A DNA stretch of 64,000 nt from Burkholderiales bacterium PBB3 (GTDB taxonomy: Bacteria; Pseudomonadota; Gammaproteobacteria; Burkholderiales; Burkholderiaceae_C): assembly GCA_002256115.1 (NCBI GenBank), contig NKIK01000003.1, positions 194,280-258,279 on the forward strand, read 5' to 3'. Shown in pieces: positions 36,707 to 44,303 of this stretch (position 1 is the stretch's first letter; every line of letters begins with the position of its first letter). The notes under the pieces are model-generated. The model searched no databases. It was not told the DNA's origin and saw only the letters and a program-made list of their open reading frames with translations. The position numbers were made by a program, and so were the translations under genes.

Positions 36707-36787
36707 CATATTTCGTCAATCCAAAATATGTTTTTCAGATCAAACTATTTGTAATTTTTGTAGAAATATGATTTGAATAGCATATTT
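36707..36787 (-). promoter_or_regulatory. Candidate hipBA operator/promoter region with two dyads
   Basis: CATATTT-N10-AAATATG (36707-36730) and AAATATG-N10-CATATTT (36764-36787) lie in AT-rich DNA just upstream of hipB. Confidence 0.4.
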
Positions 36788-36842
36788 TGGGCAAGGGAAG
36801 AAACGGCCAATGCTGGGTAAGCGCGCTGGCAACCGTGCCGAT

Positions 36843-36913
36843 CCCCCTAGATTAGTGGCCAAAAGTGCCTTTCAACCGGCGATAGTGCGGGGGCAGCTCC
36901 TGAATTAGTAGCA
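36843..36913 (-). repeat. Dispersed repeat, copy 7 (degenerate)
   Basis: 'CCCCCTAGATTAGTGGCCAAAAGTGCCTTTCAACCGGCGATAGTGCGGGGGCAGCTCCTGAATTAGTAGC'. Confidence 0.75.
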
Positions 36914-37092
36914 ATTCGCGCAGATAAAGACTCGGCATCATGTACTGCATGGACATATCGGCAGCCAACGGCTATTGGAGGCTCATTTCGGTCTTTGCAG
37001 CCTCTCCGAAGCGGTCGGTCAAAATGCAGTTTTAACGTTGGAGGCCAGGCGCGGCTGAAGGCCGTCGCCTCTGGGCCGACCAGTTAGATTTC

Positions 37093-37578
37093 TTATAGGC
37101 CAAGAACATCACAGTGAAGTGGCCTGAGGTGAAACTTGCGGCGTTCGCGGCCCTGCCACTCACGCGGTACTTTGTCGAGTTCGCAGTTGAGTGTGACGCT
37201 GTTGACAATGCCAAACCCCAAAGCTACCCACTCAAACTCTCGCGAGTCTGATCCTGCATTTACCTTAAACCAGAATGCCTGTGTCGGGTCGCTTGAACTG
37301 GGAGGCATGCCAGGGTATCGCACCGGGGTCGCTTTCCCGGTAGCCACAACGACAAGGGCAGTACCCCGCGCGTCGGTAGTCGCGTAAATTGGGCGTTCGC
37401 AATCATCCGAGCCCAAGCTTCTGTAATCCAGGCACGTTGAGATGCCTGCAGCTCGCACTGGCTTTCCCGACTTTGTCAGCGTCACAGTAATCGGCGTAAG
37501 GACGACGTTCTCCGCATAAGCGGCAGGTACAGCCAAAGCGAGTGCTAAGGCGATATGAATGTGCCGAACGTAATACAT
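37093..37578 (-). CDS. Small secreted hypothetical protein in a low-GC patch
   Basis: Start moved to ATG 37578 ('MYYVRHIHIALALALAVPAAYA|EN' signal peptide). The longer ORF to 37917 would overlap the HKD gene. Confidence 0.4.
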   Translation of the reverse strand: MYYVRHIHIALALALAVPAAYAENVVLTPITVTLTKSGKPVRAAGISTCLDYRSLGSDDCERPIYATTDARGTALVVVATGKATPVRYPGMPPSSSDPTQAFWFKVNAGSDSREFEWVALGFGIVNSVTLNCELDKVPREWQGRERRKFHLRPLHCDVLGL

Positions 37579-37849
37579 GCTCGCGTGAAATCTACTTAAT
37601 GTCCAGAGCACCAATAAGTGCTCGATAAACTGGCTGATGCACGATATTCTGGTCATCAAATCCTCCCGAAAGTGGCTTGCAGCCTCACTTTCACTGTTTT
37701 TCGACTTTGTTAAATGGATATCGATATTCTGGCAGACCTGCCGAGACTGGCGGATACAAAACCATGTCCACAGACTCCATGAGACTGAAATTGGGTGACC
37801 GTCCTGAACGACAGCTATCACCCACAGATCGCAACGAGCAGGCTGAATC

Positions 37850-38566
37850 TCAATCGCCCAACTTTCCCCACAACTGATCAAACGCCCCCTGAAACTGCCG
37901 CACCAACGCAGCGTCATTCGTCACAACCACGTTCTCTTCGTTATGAGCCGCAGCACTGCGCGTCCAGTTGTAGCTGCCGTTCAGCAGCCACTGCCCATCA
38001 AAGATCGCAAACTTGTGGTGCATGTGCGCATCGGTGCGGTCCACGGCGGTGGGCACACCGGCGGCGCGCAGTCGGGTCACATCGCTGCCGGAGTCGGTTT
38101 CTTTGTCGTTGTCGGTGATGAAGCGCAGGGCCACGCCGCGTGCATGCGCGGCCAGCACCTCTTGGGCGATGCGGTCGTCGGACACGGTGAACACACAAAA
38201 ATCTACGCTGCGGTGGGCGCTGCGGAAGTGCTCGACGATGGTGTTCAGGCAAGCTTCACCAGGGCTAAAGAATGCGCTGGAGCGAATGGCTTGCGCTGGC
38301 GTACGGGCCACGTCCAGCGCGCGCACCACGGCCTCCGTCCAGCGCAGCACGGCCATGGGGTCTTGCTGTTCGGCCAACCGGTTGCGCGCCAGTGTGAAAG
38401 CATGGTTGCGCAGTTGGCGAAAGCCGTCTTCCGGCGGCTGGGCCTGGCGCAGGGTTTGGGCCAGGCTGTGTTTCTCTTCGTCGTCCAAGCGCAGGTCGGC
38501 CAGAGAGGCTTCCAACTGGCCTAGCAAGTTTTCCATGTCTGCGGGTGTGGCAGTCATCGTTTCCAC
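37850..38566 (-). CDS. Single-HKD phospholipase D-family protein (Nuc-like nuclease/phosphodiesterase)
   Basis: 'HMHHKFAIFDGQWLLNGSYNWTRSAA' HKD motif near the C-terminus, after a ~90-aa helical N-terminal extension. Starts 2 nt after the giant gene's stop. Confidence 0.85.
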   Translation of the reverse strand: METMTATPADMENLLGQLEASLADLRLDDEEKHSLAQTLRQAQPPEDGFRQLRNHAFTLARNRLAEQQDPMAVLRWTEAVVRALDVARTPAQAIRSSAFFSPGEACLNTIVEHFRSAHRSVDFCVFTVSDDRIAQEVLAAHARGVALRFITDNDKETDSGSDVTRLRAAGVPTAVDRTDAHMHHKFAIFDGQWLLNGSYNWTRSAAAHNEENVVVTNDAALVRQFQGAFDQLWGKLGD

Positions 38567-38568
38567 AC

Positions 38569-41500
38569 TCAGCCCTCGGTCTTCTTGCCACCGCCCTGGG
38601 CACGCGGTGCCCGTGGCTCGTTGGCTTTGGCCAGCAGCAGCTCCAGCCGTTTACTGATGCTGTGGTCCAGGTCCATGCGCTTCTCCGTCGCGGCGATCAG
38701 CGGCATGATGACTTTGCGGTATGTCACCGCCAACTGCAGCACGGCCTCAGCCATTTGCGCTCCCTCACTGGGTTCTTTGGGTCCCGCTGCCGGGCGCAAC
38801 TCATCAACCGACCGGCTCACATCCAGCAGTGCATTGGCAATGCGCGTAGAGCCGTCCGCATCCGCCCCACCCGCTTTGCGCTGGCGCACAAATTCGGCGC
38901 AGATGGCCTGCCAACGCGCATCCTCCTCGGGGCTTGCGGTGCCCATCAGTTGGGCCAGCTTGAGTAGGTTTTCTTGCGTGCCGGTGGTCAGGGTCTGGGC
39001 CTCACCCCGGTAGTGGTCGCGCAGCAGGGCGTCCAGTTCATCCTCATGCATCAGCCCGGTGATCTGGGCAGCCAGCTTGGTCATATTGCGGTAGCTGCCC
39101 TGTAGCTTGAAAGCGGGCTCGGTGCGGTAGTCGTCACGCTGGGCGGCTGAATCGATATAGGCCTGGTTCACCTTCAGCAGCAGATCGCGCGCGCGGAACA
39201 GCCTTTGCATGAGTGCTTTAAGCTCTTCCAGTTCGGCACTACTGTAAGCATGGGCAAAGTCGCCGCTGGCCACCTCATCCCCCTGGGCCAGGCGCACCAG
39301 CAATTGCACATCGCGCGGGTCGCGCGATGACAGGGGTGCCAGCACCGGATTGCTGGTCAGGCTGTTCTCAATATACGACTGGGCGAACAGGGCTTCGCGC
39401 CCAGCCAACACATCGCCCAGGTTGTAGATATCGGCCCGGTTGGCCAGCATGTCCGGGATCTTGAAGACCTCGCCCGACTCGGTATACGGGTTGCCCGCCA
39501 TGGCGATGGCAAAGCGCTTACCGCGCAAGTCGTAGCTGCGCGCCTGGCCTTGCCACATGCCTTCAATGCGGCGCGTGCCATCGGCCAGGCCGATGAACTT
39601 CTGCAAAAACTCCGCACTGGTGTGCTGAATGTCGTCCAGGTAGAGCATCACATTGCTGCCCATGGCCAGGCCCAGGTTCAGCTTCTCCAGCTCTTGGCGG
39701 GCAGCGCTGTTGCTGGCCGACGCAGGGTCAAGCGCCGTCACGTCATGGCCCAGTGCGGGGCAGTTGATGCGCACAAACACCAGCCCCAGCCGGTCGGCCA
39801 CATATTCCATCAGCGTGGTCTTGCCATAGCCAGGCGGCGAAATCAGCAACAACAGCCCCATGCGGTCCGTACGGCTGGTGGCACCGGTGGTGCCAATCTG
39901 CTTGGCCAGGTTGTCGCCAATCATCGGCAGGTACACCTCGTCGATCAGACGGTTGCGCACAAAAGATGACAAAGGCTTGGCCTGGAACTGGGATAAACCG
40001 AGGCGCGATTTTTCTGCGCTCAGCAGTTCGTGGTGCAAGCTTTTGAGCGCTGCAAACGCGGGCACCACCGTTTCGGCATGCGCGCGGTAGCGGCTCCAGA
40101 AGTCATTCAAATTGATCTGCAAGCTGCCTTGATTGATGCGGGCGTGTTCGCTGCGCAAACCGGTCACCGTGGCATCCAGCACCACATTCACCCTGCGGCG
40201 CTGGCCTGGCACAGCCAATACGCAGGCGGCATCGTCTACCCATGCGATGGCGGTCGGCTGGTGCGCCAGTGCAAAGGCATGCATCCAGGCACGCGCCAGC
40301 AACCAACGCTCGGCGGGTGTGGATGCATCCAGGCTGTGTTGCCAATCCAGCGCTTGGCCCAGGCGCTCCAGCTCGCGCTGCAGTGCGCTGGCCATGTCTT
40401 CGCCCGCGCCGCTGATAACCCAGGCCTGCTCTGTACCTGCAGCCCCAATCTCCCGCAGCCAATAGCTCGCGGCTTGATGGCACGCGGTCTGGTGATGCCC
40501 GTTATCAACGGACACTGGCGACAACGCGAAGCCGCTCTCTTCGGCAAACTGCAGCACGCTGTGCGCGGCCTCCACTTCCAGTTTTTGCAGGCTATCGCCA
40601 GCGCCAAAGAGGTGTTGCACTTGCAGCGCTGCACGCGCACGCCGCCGCCAAGACGCCTGCGCCTCACCCGAGCCCAAGTGCTGCCAAACCAATGTCGCCA
40701 GCGCGCGCTCTGTGGGGCCCCAAGTCAGCAAGCCTGCCTGCTCTTGCATGGGCACCAAAGCAGCAACCAAGCGCACCGCATCTTCGTCGTGCACGCCCTT
40801 TTCGTACCCTTCTTGATAACGGGCTGCGGCAAATTGGCGCACGCCCTCCAGCAGCGCCGCATGGCCGTCTTCACCTTGCGCCACCAGCGCCAGAGTTTGT
40901 GCCCAGGTCAGTGTGGCCTGCCCTTTTAGAACCTCTTCAATCCAACTTGCCGCCAAGTACTCTGCGCGGCTGATCAGCGCGGTCTCAGACGGCAGGGCTT
41001 GTTGCCAATACGGGCGATACGCGTCCAGCCGCGCGTCTTGCAGCGGTGCCCGGTAATCCGTGCCCGTCAGGTAAAAGGCCATGCTGTCGCCCAGCGGAGC
41101 CAGTGTGAGCTCCAGCGGCTGGCGGCTGATGGTGAAAGCGTGGCGGCCCAGGCGCAAATGGTTGCCGCCCTCAGACACCAGCTCGCGCTGATCACGCACC
41201 GCGCGCAAGGCGTGGTCGCGGCAAGTCTTGAGGCGCGTGTCCAGATCATCCGCAGCCACCTGGTCACCCAGGCCCCGCATGTCTGCAATCAGAGTGCGCA
41301 GCTTGGCAATCAGCAAGTCCGCCGCAAAGTAGCTGTGCACTTCTTCCAAGCCACTGAGCTGGGCCACACGGCGCTGCGCCCCGTCCAAAATGCGACCGGC
41401 CGCTGCAGCCAGAGCCTGCACGCGCTGCTGGCGCGCTTGCACCAGCGTTTGCTTGCGCGCGGTCAGCGCTTCGTAGACGGCCTCGCGTTTCTCTGTCACA

Positions 41501-43743
41501 TCGGCCAAGAACTCAGCGTGCTCGGCAAAGCGGCCCTCCAGCTCTTCCAGTTGGGCCAGCAGGCGGGTCAATGCGTCATCGCATTTTTCGGGGGTGTCGG
41601 CAAAGTCCAGCGCGTTCTCCACCGCTTGGCCAAACAATTTGAACTGGGCCTGAAACTCGGCTGCCGCCTCGCGCGAGCCCAGTGCCTTGCGTCGGTTACG
41701 CGCATCGGCTCGCAAGCGGTTGATGTCGGTGTACAGCGCAGAAATGCGCTCCAGAATGCCAGTGCGCTGCACGGCATCGCCGCCGGGCAAACCACCCAGC
41801 TGTTCGGTCAGCAGGTCCAGGCCTGCGGCCGTATCGTCCAGCCCCTGCAGAATGCTTTGTAGGCCCTGGCTGGTGGATACCTTGGGCAGCTCAGTGGCCA
41901 CTTGTGCCAGTTGCTGCTGGTGGGCGTGGAAGGCCTTTGCATCGGCCATGAAGGCCATGGCGCGCTCACCCACGCGCTGCTGCTCGGCCACCAGCTCGGT
42001 GTGCATGGCCTCTATGCGGGGCAGATCGGTGTAGCGCAGTTCTTTCAGGGTTTCCAGGTGGCCGCGGCGTTCGCGCAGGCGGCCCAGCGCCGCCACAAAG
42101 TCTTCGGGCTTGCGCCATAGCGTGCTGGCAATATCCACCACCAGTGCCTTGTGCTGGGCCTGTGCTTCGTCCAGGGCCTTGGCGGTCTCCTTGCGGATTT
42201 GCTCTACCTTCTCAAACTCGGCCAGCGTGGTGCGCGCCGCATCGCCAATGCCTTGCAGGTCTTGCAGCAAAGCACCCGCCTCGGGGTCGGCCAGCCAAAA
42301 ATAAGCGTCTGTGACGCGTCCGCATTGGCGAATCAAATCCTCATAGGCGGTGCGGGTGGGCGCTTGCTCTTGCAAGGCGCGCGCAATGCCCATCAACTCG
42401 GCAATACCGCGCACCAGCTCCGCATTGCCGATACGGCTGAAAAAGCCGGTGCCCGCATTCGCGCCGCCCGCGTACTCCTCGCTAAAAAACGGGGTTTGCC
42501 ACAGCTGCATCGGGTGCAGCCGCGTGGGCTCACCCATGCCCGCCTGAAACACCAGCACCTTGCCATCGGCAAACAGCGCGTAGCCATTGGCCACGATCGG
42601 CGCGGCCAAGGATTTATCGATCAGGTTGTAGGTAAACAGCGCATAGTGGCCGCTGACCGGCTGGTAAAACAGATACAGCACATCCTCGCCATTGGGCGAG
42701 CGCAGCATGCGCTTGAAGCGCAAATTGCGTGCAACATCTTCAGGCAAATCAAAGTGCTTGAACTCGCCCGACTGCAGGTAATAGCCACCCGGAAACACAA
42801 TGCCGTGGTCCTCCGGCAACTGCACACACGACAAGCCAATGGCATCAATGCGCGCTACCTGCAGCGTGCGCTGGTTGAAGACCAGATAGCGGGTAGTTTG
42901 TTCGCGATAGGGCCGCACGCGCAGCAAAATGAGTGCGCCCAGCTTGGCGTAGGCCACCTCGGCATCGGTGAGCGACTGGCTCTTGTCGTCCACCGGCTCG
43001 CTGTAAATGCCCAGTCCGGTTTCGGTGTTGTTCTCTACCTTAACGGTCAGGTCGCCACCCACCGTCTCCACGAATACCGTGTCCAGAATATTGATATGCG
43101 GATGCTTGCCGTCCACATGGTTTTCACGGGTGGTTGGCGTCCATTCAAAGTCGTGGCTAGGCGGTAGCGCAATGTCGCGCTCGCCACGGTTGTCCAGATA
43201 CTGCAGCGTGCCATCTGGCGACAACTGCCAGCGGAACACGCGCACGTCGTGCACTTGCTGACCTATCTGAAAAGCCGCCAGCAGCTTACCCTGCGTGACC
43301 CGCAGTTGCAGCAGTTGGGCTTGCTTGTAATAGGCGTAAAGCTCTTTGAAGTCGGATGCGAAACGCGCGTCTTCCAGAAAGCTGCCAGCCAGAGGCACAT
43401 CTTCCAGATCCTGCTCGGTACCCATGCGGTACAGCGCAAAAACATCCCCCACGCTGGTCTCTTTGCGCAGGCCAATGAAAACGTTATAGCCAAACAGCAG
43501 CAGATCGCCAATGCGCACGATGTCGCGGGCGACACAGTTGTTTTGGGTGCGGGCACGGGTGCGCAGTACCAGCGTTTGCTCGGACTTGCCAAACTCTAGC
43601 GTGCGGGCGGCATTGAGCGTTTGTGCTTTTTTAAGCAGCACTTCGCCCTGCACGGTCAGGCGATTCTTCAGCAGCTCGTAGCTATTGCTGCCAGCGACCA
43701 GACTCTCAGTGGAGTCTGCCGCCGCGGATGTGTCAGAAGGCAT
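38569..43743 (-). CDS. 1,724-aa protein with one C-terminal AAA+ (MoxR/AAA_5-like) module; N-terminal 1,300 aa unassigned
   Basis: Walker A 'SPPGYGKTT' (nt 39814-39837), Walker B 'VMLYLDD' (nt 39631-39648), 'AMAGNPYTESGEVFKIPDMLANRADIY'. Residues ~480-900 are Ala/Leu/Gln/Arg-rich and coiled-coil-like. Uninterrupted ORF with coding-like composition. Confidence 0.85.
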   Translation of the reverse strand: MPSDTSAAADSTESLVAGSNSYELLKNRLTVQGEVLLKKAQTLNAARTLEFGKSEQTLVLRTRARTQNNCVARDIVRIGDLLLFGYNVFIGLRKETSVGDVFALYRMGTEQDLEDVPLAGSFLEDARFASDFKELYAYYKQAQLLQLRVTQGKLLAAFQIGQQVHDVRVFRWQLSPDGTLQYLDNRGERDIALPPSHDFEWTPTTRENHVDGKHPHINILDTVFVETVGGDLTVKVENNTETGLGIYSEPVDDKSQSLTDAEVAYAKLGALILLRVRPYREQTTRYLVFNQRTLQVARIDAIGLSCVQLPEDHGIVFPGGYYLQSGEFKHFDLPEDVARNLRFKRMLRSPNGEDVLYLFYQPVSGHYALFTYNLIDKSLAAPIVANGYALFADGKVLVFQAGMGEPTRLHPMQLWQTPFFSEEYAGGANAGTGFFSRIGNAELVRGIAELMGIARALQEQAPTRTAYEDLIRQCGRVTDAYFWLADPEAGALLQDLQGIGDAARTTLAEFEKVEQIRKETAKALDEAQAQHKALVVDIASTLWRKPEDFVAALGRLRERRGHLETLKELRYTDLPRIEAMHTELVAEQQRVGERAMAFMADAKAFHAHQQQLAQVATELPKVSTSQGLQSILQGLDDTAAGLDLLTEQLGGLPGGDAVQRTGILERISALYTDINRLRADARNRRKALGSREAAAEFQAQFKLFGQAVENALDFADTPEKCDDALTRLLAQLEELEGRFAEHAEFLADVTEKREAVYEALTARKQTLVQARQQRVQALAAAAGRILDGAQRRVAQLSGLEEVHSYFAADLLIAKLRTLIADMRGLGDQVAADDLDTRLKTCRDHALRAVRDQRELVSEGGNHLRLGRHAFTISRQPLELTLAPLGDSMAFYLTGTDYRAPLQDARLDAYRPYWQQALPSETALISRAEYLAASWIEEVLKGQATLTWAQTLALVAQGEDGHAALLEGVRQFAAARYQEGYEKGVHDEDAVRLVAALVPMQEQAGLLTWGPTERALATLVWQHLGSGEAQASWRRRARAALQVQHLFGAGDSLQKLEVEAAHSVLQFAEESGFALSPVSVDNGHHQTACHQAASYWLREIGAAGTEQAWVISGAGEDMASALQRELERLGQALDWQHSLDASTPAERWLLARAWMHAFALAHQPTAIAWVDDAACVLAVPGQRRRVNVVLDATVTGLRSEHARINQGSLQINLNDFWSRYRAHAETVVPAFAALKSLHHELLSAEKSRLGLSQFQAKPLSSFVRNRLIDEVYLPMIGDNLAKQIGTTGATSRTDRMGLLLLISPPGYGKTTLMEYVADRLGLVFVRINCPALGHDVTALDPASASNSAARQELEKLNLGLAMGSNVMLYLDDIQHTSAEFLQKFIGLADGTRRIEGMWQGQARSYDLRGKRFAIAMAGNPYTESGEVFKIPDMLANRADIYNLGDVLAGREALFAQSYIENSLTSNPVLAPLSSRDPRDVQLLVRLAQGDEVASGDFAHAYSSAELEELKALMQRLFRARDLLLKVNQAYIDSAAQRDDYRTEPAFKLQGSYRNMTKLAAQITGLMHEDELDALLRDHYRGEAQTLTTGTQENLLKLAQLMGTASPEEDARWQAICAEFVRQRKAGGADADGSTRIANALLDVSRSVDELRPAAGPKEPSEGAQMAEAVLQLAVTYRKVIMPLIAATEKRMDLDHSISKRLELLLAKANEPRAPRAQGGGKKTEG

Positions 43744-43751
43744 GCAGACCC

Positions 43752-44288
43752 TTACCAGTCAGCACGCAACAAGGCGACTAGCTCGTCACGGCCTGGCTGC
43801 GCCTGAAGCCACTGGCGAATGCGTGCCAGCTCATCCATGGTCTCAGCGCCGTGGCGTTGGCGCAGCACGGCTTCGCGTCCTTGGCGCAACTCGTTAGTCT
43901 GCAATTGGCGCTGCCAAGCATCGGTCAGAATCTCGTCGAGCCGGCTGCCCAGACCTGCTGCCACAAATGCCTGCCACTCGCCGCGGGCAAACCAGACGTT
44001 CTGGCACGCAGCGCAACGGTCCACGCGGAAGTCGGGCTGCGCGCCTACGCGGAAACGCTGCATCAGGCGCGCGCACGCAGGGCAATGCCGGGCGATCGGG
44101 TCTTCATCGGCAGCGATGGCTTGCGCCACCGGCGGCACCGGTGTTTTGTCGCGCCAGGCGCGGTAGTCGTCGAGTTGTAAAAGCTGGCCTTCACAACTGA
44201 CGCATTCCAGGCCCTGCAGTCCGGGTGCCAATTCGCAGACTGTGAGTTCGGTGTGGGCCTCGCAGCCGCAGCGCAGTGTTGATTTCAT
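43752..44288 (-). CDS. Double zinc-ribbon protein (zf-TFIIB-like)
   Basis: 'CPACARLMQRF...VDRCAACQNVWFARGEW' matches the CPxC...DxCxxCxGxWxDxGE pattern. A degenerate first copy is 'CGCEAH...CVSCEG'. 8 nt upstream of the giant gene. Confidence 0.65.
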   Translation of the reverse strand: MKSTLRCGCEAHTELTVCELAPGLQGLECVSCEGQLLQLDDYRAWRDKTPVPPVAQAIAADEDPIARHCPACARLMQRFRVGAQPDFRVDRCAACQNVWFARGEWQAFVAAGLGSRLDEILTDAWQRQLQTNELRQGREAVLRQRHGAETMDELARIRQWLQAQPGRDELVALLRADW

Positions 44289-44303
44289 GGGTGTGCTCCT
44301 GCG

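Noticed and set aside
37579-37917. N-terminal extension of ORF 37093..37917 (274 aa)
   Set aside because: The extension overlaps the 3' end of the HKD gene and has a non-coding-like, Cys/Trp-rich translation. An internal ATG at 37578 gives a clean signal peptide, so the shorter model was preferred.
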